From Lama guanicoe (taxonomy: Eukaryota): a stretch of DNA of 64,000 bases. Made by a program: the position numbers and the translations under genes. Below the pieces are notes generated by a model, which worked only from the letters and a program-made list of their open reading frames with translations, was not told the origin of the DNA and did not search any database. This document shows, in pieces, positions 38,323 through 50,649 of this stretch. The stretch covers positions 1,550,001 to 1,614,000 of the forward strand of contig MU054212.1 in the NCBI GenBank assembly GCA_013239625.1, written 5' to 3'. Within the stretch, counting starts at the first letter, position 1; each line of letters begins with the position of its first letter.

Positions 38323-40634
38323 GTGGCCGGAGCAATTCTTTCTGAGCTGGCATCTTTCAAGATGTCAGTCTTACATGTACATTATAAAGATTCATCTTTA
38401 GTCTTTCAAAAATGTTATTTAGTGTATCTGTGACTAAGGTTCCCATCCTGGAGATTGGGCTGTGTTTACATTAAAATGTGAGATGTCACTGTCATCTCCA
38501 CGCTTCTTCCATATTATCTACCTCAGACCAGAGTCATGTTGAATATTCCAGGCGTTGCAAGAGCTCAAGCTTCAATAAAGATTCCATCAGAGATGCCACT
38601 CCCTGAGGGCCAGTGGCTCCCCCTCAGCCTCTCTGTTACTTTCATCTCCATTGTGAAAAAGATGGTACCAAGATGAATGGCATTTTCTATTCAAGTTGGT
38701 CTATCTCTTTTTCCCTGCTTGGTGAAAGGAGCGTTGGAAATGTATTAGATGTGAGATGTGGTAATTCTGCTAAGGATAGAGAAATCCTGACTGTGTTGTA
38801 GCAAGAGAACAGCTTGATCAACCCCAGCAGAGGCAGACGTTTTTGTCTCATTGGAAACTCTCCTTATTCAATGCTTGAACAGCTCTTGGAACAGCAGGAC
38901 CCTGGGAGTGTCTCTGTGTACAAAAGACAAGCATGGTAGATGTTAAACTGGCATTCATTTATTGGAATCCATTTTGGGTACTTTTCTTATTTCTCTCCTG
39001 GGAAGACATCGTTGGTGGCAGCTTTGAGTTGGATACAGTCATACTTCAGACACTTACACATCTTGCTTCGAGGGAAGTAGGTCAGATTTGAAAGTAAAGT
39101 TGATATTGCTGTCATAGCATTAACAAAAGATATTCTCATATTCTTGCCATAAAATTCAGAGAGATTTTTTTTTTCGGTTTTGTTTAGTTTTTAGTTACAA
39201 AAATGTCATATGTATTTGATCGGCACTTGGAAGGGTGGGGTGCAACCACGGGATGCATGCATACGTCAGTCACTGGAAGAGTGTCGCATCAACCAGTTAA
39301 CATAGACCATGTCTACCTCCTCTACGTTGTGTCCTTCTTGGGCATGCTACTGATTGATATACCTCAGGGAGGAGATTCTTCTGACTCAGACACTAAGCAA
39401 GTTCCTAAAGAAAATATCAGCTTTAAAAGGGAATAGAGGAAATAGCAGCGGCAGCAAAAAATCTCTAATCTTTCATTTATAAGAGCTACTGAACATCTGG
39501 AGAGCAGGCGGCTCCTTTAACCCCCGGAGTGCAGGAACAAATGAGCACCAAAGGGCATCCCATGCTAATGTGGTGCCATTAATTTGAATACAATGGAGGG
39601 CCCTATAATAAACATCTTCAGAGCCATCTGGGCATTCCTTTACACCTTGCCCAGCTCCTCCTTCGGGTGCCAGAGGCACAGCTTAACCGGAGAGGAAGTT
39701 CTTTGGAGGCTGAAGAAGAGTGAAGATATCATTAAAGAGCAACGCTAAGTTTCAAAGAAAAATGTATAATGGCCGAAGTGAAAGAAAGATCAAACAATGT
39801 ATAGGAAAAATGTTTTAAACTATCCATGGAGGTGTTATTGAAATTAATATTTATGTCTATTTCTCTCCAGCGCATCTGCCGTTTTTAACCAAATATCACT
39901 GTGTTGTGGAAATAGAAGGAACCACATGCATCGGAAATGATTAACGTAAAGTTCCTATTTTGGGGGGCAGTGTAAGGTCTGGAGTTTAATTGGAATTGTG
40001 CAGCTCTTTCTAGCACCTTTCTGTGGGCCCACCATCTGAAGAGTCTTTAACTCCGTTAAAAAAAATAGAAATGGAGATTCTAATATCTACTCTTTTTCCT
40101 TCTCTCAGTGGTCTCGTGGGATAATGTAAACATTTGGGGAAGTTGCTCTGAGTAGAAGCCTGAGATAAACAATCAGTGTATGAATTAATGTTGTGCAGCA
40201 GTTGTAGCAGCGGCTGCAAGTTTTGAAACAGGAAAGTATTTCTTAAACACGTGCTTTCCTTCGATCCAGAAAGATTTCCTCCCATGTCCCTAAAGCAGAG
40301 AATGCACGCTGGTATCCGGGGACCATATCTGGCCCACAGACGGGGCTGGTTGGCTCACGTGGGCTTTTGAAAGTTTTTGAAGTAGCTGCCAGCATTGACA
40401 AGAATATCTGGATTTTTAAAATTTCTCTTAAGAAATGGAAAAACCTGGCTCTGATGGTGCCCTCAATCCAATATGGCAAAAGTCTGTTGGAGAGGAGAGT
40501 GGCTGGAGCCCCTAGACTAGGCATCCTTCCTCTGGTTGCTCTGTTGGGCTGGATTTGTTTATAGGCATCAGAGGATGTACTGCTTTTCTGGATGAAGCTA
40601 TTGAAGGTGCTTTTCAAAAAATAGAGGAGCATGC

Positions 40635-41075
40635 CGTATTAGTCAGGATTCTCAACAACCAATAGGACAAGTGTGTGTCAATCAGTAAGTCATACAAGCA
40701 GACTTATTTTAAGGATTTGGCTCACTTGATTACAGAAAATAAGAATTCCAGACCCAGGAGAACTGATGGTGGACATGACTCCAAGTTCAAGTCCAGAGGC
40801 AAGAGAAGACCAGCGTCCCAGCTCAAAGACAGTCAGGCAGAGAGAAAATTCTTTTGTACTCAGCTTTGTATTCTATTCAGGCCTTCAGAAGATTCCGTGA
40901 GGCTCCCCCACCACATTGAGAGGACAAACTGGCTTTACTCATTCTACCGATTCAAATGTTAGTCTCATCCAGAAACACCCGCACGGACACAAGACGTACC
41001 CAGAAAGAATGTTGAACCAAACATCTGGGCACGTCCTCGGTCTGGTTAAGCTGACACGTAAAATGAGCCATCACA
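40635..41075 (-). mobile_element. MLT2 (ERVL) solo LTR
   Basis: gtattagtcaggattctc...ttattttaaggatttggctcac...ttctattcaggccttcag...gctgacacgtaaaatgagccatcaca (reverse complement begins TGTGATGG). Confidence 0.85.
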
Positions 41076-42886
41076 CACATCTAATAGCCTTTTAGCGTGC
41101 ATAAATAGAGGGCAGATCTCCTACGTGCCTGTCATTGATCTAAAACCTTGCCGAGAAGGGCTGGGAAGTCCTCTCAAGGAGGCAAACATCTAGTGTGAAG
41201 TGAGAGGGCTGGAGAAAAAGTTTAAAGCCGGGCAGGCCCTAGATAAAGAAAATAACTATACAACTGCCCCTATTAATATCTTTCTCAAAGTTCTGTGTCT
41301 TTTCACTTTTGATGTCAACAAGAGCCACTAAACAGTTCTGAAAGTCTATTACACTTGTGATATCAGGCAGTCTACACAGTGAGTGCTCCACTCTCCAGGA
41401 TCCTGGATGCAGGAGCATGGGAGCCCTGCCCAGGATCTGGGTGCAGAACCTTTCCATGGAAACCCTGGTGAAAGGAGAGGCTGCCCTTTGGGGACATGTA
41501 TCATTCCATATTGGCTAATGCTCCCTGAGTGTTGGAGACATTTAAGACTGGATGAGAATGAGCAAAGGCCCTTAAAAATACTGCAGATCATATTTAGAAT
41601 TTTGGTCTAACAGCTTAGAGGTGGTGAAAACAATTTTCACTCAAAGGCAGATTTAAGGGCACTAGTAGTAATTCCACTCTCCACTTGCTGTGGATGAGTT
41701 GGGAATGGATAGATCAGCTAAACTAATTATTTTTCATTAAAAGCCTTGAAATGAGGTAGCCACTTACAAAGTGCTATCCACCCCATGAAACATAAGAAGA
41801 ATATATACGTTTAGTTCTCTTTTTTGACTGTTGTTTGAATAGAACTGTAGACAATTTCTTTTTTGTCCTTTGATAAAAATCATTTAAAATGAATGACCAC
41901 TTGGTGGCTGATTTCCATCAGCATTATTCTTTCGAATGATGAAGATCTTGAAATCCTTGCCCTGTTTGCTTTTTGCCAGTGTTCTGCCTGCTCAGCCCCC
42001 ACCCAGGCTGTGGGCATTCCTAGCAGGGCAAAGGAAGAACTAGAACAGCCGTTCCACTGTCTCTCAATGAGAACTCCCTCTCCAGGGCCCTTGCCTACCC
42101 CCTGCCCTTCAGACGGGGAGGCCAACCTGTCCAAGTGGGCGTGAGTGGCCATGATTTAAGCAGTGCCAAGCGCTCCGCTTTCCGCTGGGAGCAGAGTTCT
42201 CTGCCTCATAGCCTTCTTGGCCATCTGGGCTGGGAGACGGAGACCGCCGTGGCACCAGAATAACCTTGGCCAGTTCCTCCACAACTTCTGCTTTAGGAAT
42301 TGCCATGCCCAACACCGTGGTGTGTGACATCAGGAGCACGGACGCTGCGTGACCTGGAGGGCACTGTCCTATCTTCTCACCTGCCGTGCTCCTCTCTTCC
42401 AGCCCTGCCCCCACACTCAGCATCCTGCCTCCTGAGCCCACAGGAGGAGCGCTTCCCTTACCAGGATGCCAGGCAGGCTGAGCTCACACACACACTGAAT
42501 GCCTGCCTTCCACATAGGAGCAAAAGGGCTCCTGCAATGGCCAGTGAGGCTCAAACTCACTGTGTCCTGCAGGGAGCGAGGGGCAGTCAGGCTGGAGAGA
42601 AAGTTTGATGAGGTCTTGGGGGAGAAACACTCTGAGATTTATTCTGCTGAGCCTGGAAGTTTTACTTCACGATCAGTTCCCATTACTCTCTTTGTTTTCA
42701 TGAGCGAGTCTTCCCCTTTCAATCTATTCGCCGGCACCACTAGCTATGCACAACTAGCTATTATCCCAAAGACTCCAACCATCCATTAACATATTATCTT
42801 TAAGTGTTTCACATGGAATTTGATGATCTTCCATGATCTTTTCAAGTTGAATAGATCCTTAAGCCCTACAAAAAGATTTTTTCAAA

Positions 42887-43012
42887 ATGTGTGTGTATGT
42901 GTATGTGTGGTGTGGGGAATGTGGGGGGTGTGTGTTGTATGTGGGGTGTGTATGTGGTGTGTGTGGTATGGTGGGTATGTGTGTGTGGTATGTGTGTGGT
43001 GTGTGTGTGTAT
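42887..43012. repeat. Degenerate TG-rich array
   Basis: TG, TGG and TATG units. Confidence 0.9.
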
Positions 43013-43019
43013 GGCACAG

Positions 43020-43830
43020 CAGGTGGGGCACATGTTTCATCTCTCCTGCCACCACCCTAGTCCAAGCTACTGAGTTTGTCCCTGGGATGTGTGCCAGCCT
43101 TCTAACTAGTCTTCCTGCTTTGGCTTTGTCTTCTTCAGCCTACTCTCCACATAGCAGCTGAAGTGGTCTTTCAAAAATACAAATCGTATTTTTTGCCTTC
43201 AATGAAACAAACAAATATTTATTGAACACCTACAGTGTTGGGCACTGTTCCAGATACTAGGAATATTGTGGTCAATGAGATAGGTAAGCACCCTAGCCTA
43301 TCTCCTTATGGAACTTAGATTTTAATGGCCCCATGGCTCTTAGGGAAATGTCACAGCCTTAACATGATTGATTGTAAGGCTATGCCTAATGTGGCCCCTG
43401 CCAAGTCTCTTGCTTCATCTTGTACCTCTCTTTCCTGCCCCCTCCACCTTCTTCCACACTGAAATATGCCAAGATCCTCTCCCTTCAGGACTTTAATGAG
43501 GGCAATTGGCTTCTCCCCACCCTGTTACCTACTTTGCTACCACACATCTCAGCTCAATCCTTTCCTCAGTGATATCCTCCCTGGCCCTCACAGCTAAATG
43601 AATTTCCCCTCTGATATTCTTTGTCTTGGCACCCTTCCCTTTTCTTTCATAACATTGATCACACAATGTATTCCATGATCCCAATACTGTATGACTGCTG
43701 TCTGCCTTCCCTACTAGACTGCAGACCTCTGGCAGGTGAGAATCTGGTCTGTTTTGTATTTTGTTACATCACCTTTTAAGTAGTACTCAACAAACATTTG
43801 GAGAATGGATCAGTTAATGAATAAATAAGA
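43020..43830 (+). mobile_element. L2 fragment containing an opposite-strand L2 3' end (about 43200-43325)
   Basis: gccaccaccctagtccaagctac...ctactagactgcagacctct...tactcaacaaacatttggagaatg; nested aacaaatatttattgaacacctac. Confidence 0.7.
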
Positions 43831-45296
43831 ACAGTGGACCACGTAGACAAACTGAAAATGGCTTTGTAGGTATACCTTAGAAACGTTTAGATTTTTACGG
43901 AATTCCCCAAGTTTTAATTTCTTTTTCTTCTTTTGGAGAGGAAGGTTGATCCAAGTCATATTTCGTGACTGTCAAGAATGAGAGGAGTCTGAGACTTTAA
44001 CTACTTGTAAGCGAACAGGATAGCTAGTCATAGTTTCATGGATTCTGACAGAAGCTATGAGATTCCTGGGTCAGAGGCAATGGACTTTATTACTCACAGA
44101 ACCATCATTATATTTGTGTCAGTTCCCCCTCCCCTCCATATCCCACAGAGATGATGGGAATGGGCTCAGATGAATATGTCACAGGAGAGGATTCCTGAGT
44201 GAAGGGAACTTGAGTCCTTTATAATGGACAGTAAACATGATGCCCTTTGCTCCAGAGGAAGATACTATTTTTATCTTCTAAGACCTTAAGCAAGTCTACT
44301 TGTTGTTCTGGAGGGAGATACTGTCTCTATCTAACAAGGTTGTTTGCTTTACAAATATTCTGGAAGACAGTCTGGGAGGAAGGCATTTACTGCATTGCTC
44401 ACCAGAGGTGCAGAAACATTAGACACTCATGGAGAATTTCCCCCTAACAATACCCATTCCTCATTCTTATTCTATCTTGGCATCTGGTGAACTTTCCATG
44501 GGTATGCCAATCCTTTGATGTTTGCATGAGAGGTAATGGAAGTGCAGCCACACACTACTATCTTGCTAGACTTATTAGAGCCATCTGGTGGAGGATGGCA
44601 GTCCTAAAGGTCAGTTAAATTTAAGGTGCTTGCATCATTTTGGGAAGGTGGCACCTGGATGTTTTCCTTCATGAAGAAGGGTCCAGGGAAATTTATGAAA
44701 GACAAATGTCACTAATGTCCCTCACTCCTCCATCCCTCCTGGACTCTGAGATGTTCTCTCCTCAGGTGCCAAGGTTATTTTCCTTCTGTGGCCACAAAAC
44801 TGGTGTGTCCCATTCCAGGAGCTATAGCGTCAGTTTTCTTAATTATTCCTTATACACACCAAAACCTTTCATTCAGAGGGGTCAAGTGTGAGAGGCACAA
44901 GGGCATTTTAAATAAAACGTAGAGACTCATCATCCCTCAGACTTCGGCATATGTGGGCCAAAGGGTACTCAAGTGGTCATAATCCTTATGCTCTGTGACC
45001 ATGTCAGTCCAGTGAGACAATCCTGGTGGCTAAACTACAGCTAAGTTTGAGTCCCTAGGTCCCCTCTTGGCTGTGCTACCACACAGAGGGTGGGCCATCG
45101 AGGCTGATGGGGATTCCGTTAGGAGAAAGAAAGGAGCTTCATGCGCAGGAATGGTCGCGTGGAATCCAGAATTTTCAAAATAGGTTATAACACCCAACCA
45201 TTTTCATCCTAATTATTACCCAGGAAGTAGCCAAGAGAGAATCATCCCTTTCTGGAACAGCCACATTCAGTGACCAAATTGCCTTAAGAAAGTAAA

Positions 45297-45535
45297 TTGT
45301 AAGTTTGGGATTTGTAGGTACTAACTACTAACTATATAAAATAGATAAACAACAAGGTCCTACTGTATAGCACAAGAAATTATATTCAATACCTTCTAAT
45401 GGCCTTTAATGAAAAAGAATAGGAAAAGGAATATATACATATATTCATATACATATATAAATGAATCACTATGCAATACACCAGAAATTAACACAACATT
45501 GTAAATCAGCTATACTTCAATTAAAAAAAAAAAGA
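45297..45535 (+). mobile_element. Younger L1 3' end with poly(A) (cetartiodactyl/camelid-type), inserted in the ERVL internal region
   Basis: aaaatagataaacaacaaggtcctactgtatagcacaagaaattatattcaatacc...gaatcactatgcaatacaccagaaattaacacaacattgtaaatcagctatacttcaatt followed by poly(A). Confidence 0.9.
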
Positions 45536-47480
45536 AAATCTGTGAACCAGGAGGAAGTGATGGACGCCTTTTCAACTGTCAAAAATACCACATACCTGTA
45601 GATGGTAGGGACCGTGGAAGATCTATTGAATATCTTGACCATTAGCCTGTAATTGGATATGATAAAAGGTTCATCATTGTCAGACTGAAATTGGTCCAGA
45701 AGGCCACAGACATGACACAGTAGCTTCAAGGGCTGCAACGTGACCTTCCTCACTGGGAGATAAATGGTGAAACATTTGGCTGGACTCACGTCCCAACATC
45801 AGAAACATAGAGTCCTTTTCTTTGTGCCTAGTCCATGATGGCGGATGTGTTGCTGTATTGGAAAGATGGTGGATCCAGGCAATGATGGTGGCAACCTGGA
45901 CATTGCAGATCCAATCAAAAGTTCGATTCCAGTCTCATCAGAGCACAGGCCCTTACTGTGGGCAGCAACAGGAGTGACCCAGATGGTTTGATTAGCAGCC
46001 ATGATATGTTTCCACATTTCATGGTCCCAAAGGGAGGTGTCTTTAATCTGCCAGTCTCTAGTTTTCCAAATGGCAGAGCAAATGGCTAAGCCATTGGCAA
46101 CAACCCAAGAATCACAAGAAATATAATCTGATTCATCAAAGGAAGTATTAGCAGAGCTATGAGAATGGCTTTGTGTCTTGCCCACTGAGCAGAGCAACCA
46201 CATCCCAGTTGTGTGTAGCTGGCAGGGAGGCTGAACAGCTCCAGCTGGCCCAGTGGACACCATCAGGGTAACCTCTGTCAACCAAGGGCTCCCCACCAAG
46301 CCAGGGGCTTTGCTTCAGGTGGTGGAATGAGGGATAAAATTTCCCCAACGGATGGCTACCACTTGTTCACATAAAGACAAGGTGTGCTGGTACCAGACTG
46401 GCTTCATTTTTTTTTTTTTTGACAAATGGGGTATGTTGGGGCTCTTAATTTCTTAGTCTTTGAGTTCCAGTTGACCCACATCAAAACAGGAATACCAGAG
46501 TGTCACAGGCCCTATAGGTCAAGTGTTCAGTTTCAATAAAAGCCCTGTAGCAAGTTAATAGCTGCTTCCACAAAGGATGTAGCTATTAGTCACATCAATG
46601 AGATGACAAGTCCAGAACCCCAAGGGGCACCTCTGAGTGGAAGCTGCTTCCTTTCACCAGTGGCTCCAATAGGCAAAGTCGTGAGTCACTGAGGCTCGAG
46701 GTCACTTTGGCTTATTTTGCTCACTGTGAACCTTGCTCAGATCCCGTCAGTTGAATTTGGGTCCTTGCTTCTCCTGTGGGACCAGGGATAATTGTGACTT
46801 GAGTGCCTGTATCCAGTCATGCTGTTAGTCTTTCTCTTTCCCTAGAACTGCCTAGTGTACTCAGTTGGGTGCACGCAGCTTCTGTTCCCACCCTTAATCA
46901 TCTTCTTTAAAGCAACTGCAGTCAAGGTAGAGAGAGTGAGGGCTCGGGGGTGTGTAGGGTCACTAAGCAAGGCTTTGCCTTCACTTTAACCTTCCAGTGG
47001 CCACTTGCTCCCATTCCCAGCTCAGCTAACCAACTCCTAATGTTTTCAGTTCACCTTAAGCCCTACTCCACATCCTCATTGTTGACACCACTCATTTCAG
47101 CTTTGGGGACTCCATGCTCAACAGTCACAGCCATGTTGCCTTTTGACAGGGGCTGTGGGCTTGCCTCTTTATTGCAGTGGTAACATTTCTCCTCTTCCTT
47201 TCTGAAGGAACGATTTGGGTGCTTGTTCAATCCTACCCCTTTCTGTTCGTCCTCTTAATATTCACTAATATGTTACTCCCCATTTGCCCACCACATTGGT
47301 AAGAGAATTCTACTCCATCTTAAGGGGTCTTCTCATATCCTTGAACGTGCCCATAGGGCCCTTTCTCCTCTTCTAAAAAGCAAAAGCAGATCTGCGTCAG
47401 CATCCCGTTCTCATCACTAATACTACCAAGAACGGAGAAGAGTCTGAGATTTTACCATACCTGCAAGCTAACAAGTTAGC

Positions 47481-47845
47481 TGCTACAGTCTGCAAGGGTT
47501 CCCCCCAAAATTATATGTTGAAATCCTATCCCCCCAAAAGATGATGGTATTAGGAGGTAAGCATTTGAGAGGTTCTTAGGTTATGACAGTGGAGCCCTGG
47601 TGAGTGGGATTAGTGCCTTAATAATAGAGGCTTTAGAGAGCTCTCTTACCCCTTCTACCTTGTGAGGACACAGTGAGAAGGCACCAGCTACAGACTAGGA
47701 ACAGGGCTCTCACCAGAAAGGGACCAGGCTGGCACTTTGATCCTGGACTTCCCAGCCTCCAGAATTGTGAGAAATGCATTCTGTTGTTTCTAAGCCACCT
47801 AGTCTGTGGCATTTTTTGTTGTAGCAGCCCAAGTGGACTCTCACA
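47481..47845 (+). mobile_element. MLT1A-like MaLR LTR inserted in the ERVL 5' LTR
   Basis: TG...CA termini; aaaattatatgttgaaatcc, gggattagtgcctta, cttcccagcctccagaattgtgaga. 5-bp flanks ttagc/ttatc. Confidence 0.88.
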
Positions 47846-48264
47846 TTATCTTGAGTGTCGTGGATGCTGATGGAAGACACAAGACTCCTGGGTCAGACAG
47901 CATAGCCCAGCAAGCAGCATGAACATCAACATATTTGTGTCAGTCCCCCTTGTCCTCAAGCCCTATAAGGGAGATGCTGATCGGCTCAGGTAGATGCCTG
48001 TACATACAGTAGGCTGCATCACAGGAGAGGGTCCCCAATTTTTTATAATGGGCAGTAAGCCTGTCTACCCTTTGCTCTGGGGAAGGTACTGTCTCTGTCT
48101 TCCAAGGCTATTTGCTTTATAAATGCCCTTAAATAGATAGTTAAGAACAAAGGACAGTTATTACCCCACTTGCAAGATGTATTGAGACCCATGGTGAATT
48201 GTGTTCCAGGAACAATCAATAATGGGTCATGGAAAGAGCTTGTTGAATGAATGAATGAGTGAAC

Positions 48265-48600
48265 AATTCAGATCTGGGTTCAAATCCCAATTCTATTCTT
48301 AACATCTTTGTAACTTTAGGAGTGACTAAATTTCAGTTTCCTCCTATGTAAAATGTTGTAATAACAATAACTCTTGGCTGGGTGCTTACTATGCCAAGTA
48401 CTATTCCAAGTGCTTTTAAGATACTATTTTATTTAATCCTTATGATAATGTTAGAAAAGAGAACTTTTTTCCATTTCATAAATGAGGAAACAGGGTACAG
48501 ATATGTTAAGTTACTTGCCCAGTGTCGTACGGCTAGGAAGCACCAAAGTTAAAATTTGAATCCATACAATCTACTCTAGTTTCTATGGTTTTAAGTACCC
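48265..48600. mobile_element. Nested MIR fragments in opposite orientations
   Basis: ctgggttcaaatccca...cagtttcctcctatgtaaaatg (+), then tttaatccttatg...aaatgaggaaacagggtacag...ttacttgcccag (-). Confidence 0.75.
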
Positions 48601-50649
48601 CTGCTTCCTACACAAGACCTAATAACAATCCCTGCCTCACTGGGGCATTTTGTGACGACTGCACCAATTGTTAGGTGATTAAATCAAGGACAGTTTTCTT
48701 TTTCTTTCTACAGTTGCTTTATTTAAAAAGGCAAACATCAACTTCTTGGAATCCTCTTTTTAGAAAAGGATTACTATTACTTTATCAAGTAAAAATGGAA
48801 AAATATGCCCCCCCACAACAATAGGGGAGAAAGACTAAACACGGGGTACCGAGTGGTGACAGGGATTAACCCAGCCCTCTACAGGTTGAGGAGGAAGAGC
48901 CACCCACAGTGGTCCTGGACCCCAGGGGTCTGTGAAAGTCTGTGTGGAACTGCAGGCTCGGTCCCTGAAATAGCTCTTCCTTCATCAACTCCAGATGAAC
49001 CAACCCACAGAGAGAGCAGCGTGAACGAATTGCCTGAGAAATACTCAGAGAACTAAGAATGGGGCCTCTAATTCATAGCAGTCTAGAACAAGCAGGTCTC
49101 TTTGTGCTCTTGTCTGGGTGTCCTAGTGGTGGTAATCTGAGCTGCCTGCTATCATCACCAGAGACAACCGTCCCGGTGTGGGGCTCCACTCCATCTCCAA
49201 AAAAAAAAAAAACCAACCTTGTGGTTTTAAAAGACTTGGCCAAAAATGTAACTTAAAAAGCCTATACGTTTAGTGAATGCATAACAAGTAAATTTGAAAC
49301 ATGTTTAATGGAGATATATTTATGTGCCATTAATTCTTTTGGAGGCTAGTTGACGCATCCCTGCATAGTGCTGGCATTCAATAGATACTGACGTCACACT
49401 GCTTAGAATCATTCCAAACAGACACTTGGGCAAAATGAATAAAATGACATTTGATGAATTTCATGACCCAATTATTGATTCCCAAGGTATATATTTTCTT
49501 TATATTACATGCTCTTTAGATAAATATGAAAGATTTTTGGTGTAGATTTAGTAATCTTAAAATTCTCATTGTAATTCACTTGGCAATGGCCCCTACTGGG
49601 ACAAAGGTACATTATTCTATTAAAGTGCTGTTAACTGGGCTGGAGTGAAAACTAGAAAAAGAAAAGGGTAAAGTATACTTTTCCCATATTGCTCCCAATT
49701 TACAGGTGCTGAGAAATCCTAATCCCCAAATAGGGATAATGAATAGAAGTCTTTGCTGTATTCACTACTACCTAAGAGAGCTAGAGTCAGTCAAAGCTCA
49801 AGGAATCATGGTGAAGTTGTGCTCAAATGGCATTTTGTACCTTCCACTGTTACAGCGCCTCTTTCTGTCTTATTTCTTTACCTGCATATGTCTTCTCCTG
49901 GGCAGTCAGTTCCCCAAGAGCCATGACCATGCCTAGGTCATCTTTGCAGTCTCATGTCTGGAAAAGACAAGGCTCACAAGAGATGTTCCCGCTTTAAGAT
50001 CTGGCTGCCTTCTTTCCTTCCATAAACATTACTTTTGCTTAAGGCATATACGACTTATCACATCACCCGATACCCCTGGTTCTCGACACATACTGCTTTG
50101 TCTACCAGCAATGCTTTTTTCCCCATATGAATCTTACTTCTACCTGCCTTTCAAAACCCAGCTTGAGAATCTTCTCTTCCTGAAAGCCTTCTCTGACTCC
50201 CGCAGTCTGATTTCACGCTCTCTGCCTGTGTTGCCCTGGCATCTGTGTAGATGTCTACCTGAGCTCTTACCATCCTATCTGCAATTGCTGACGTGCTTTG
50301 TGGGCACAGGTCCCGTACCATTTGGCTCTGTTCCTCTAGTGTGTAGAATAGTCTGAACTCATTGGTGATCCTCGGATAAATGTGTGCCTCATTCTTGAGT
50401 GGATAAATGGATAAGGGGCAGAAAACAAAAGCAAGCAATGTTAACATTTAGACATTTGATGGTTCTCACCCTAGAAGATTAGGCTTTGATGAAATTATCC
50501 TAGAGAACACTATTAGAAGTGTTACCTATTTGATGGTCATGACTCATTTCATTTGGTATCAAAGGTGTCTCTAAGTCTGGGAACTGAAAGATGCTGTGAG
50601 TTTTCCACCCATCACAGCATCACTTATCACTTCAGTTGTCACCGGACAA

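Larger units (their letters stand above)
43966..48214 (-). mobile_element. ERVL-class provirus relic with both LTRs (MER54/MER70/MER74-group-like)
   Basis: Homologous LTRs at about 43966-44449 and 47421-48214 share gagtctgaga, ctgggtcaga, atatttgtgtcagt, tttataatgg-cagtaa and ccctttgctc. PPT AAGAATGAGGAATGGGTA (reverse complement of 44451-44468) and PBS-like 47402-47419. RNase H remnant YISCDSWVVANGLAICSAIWKTRDWQIKDTSLW...WVTPVAAH and integrase-like FQSDNDEPF. Confidence 0.88.

Noticed and set aside
45799..46299. 166-aa ORF as a domesticated retroviral gene
   Set aside because: Only a central stretch is RNase H-like and the flanks are out of frame, so it is a decayed pol fragment.
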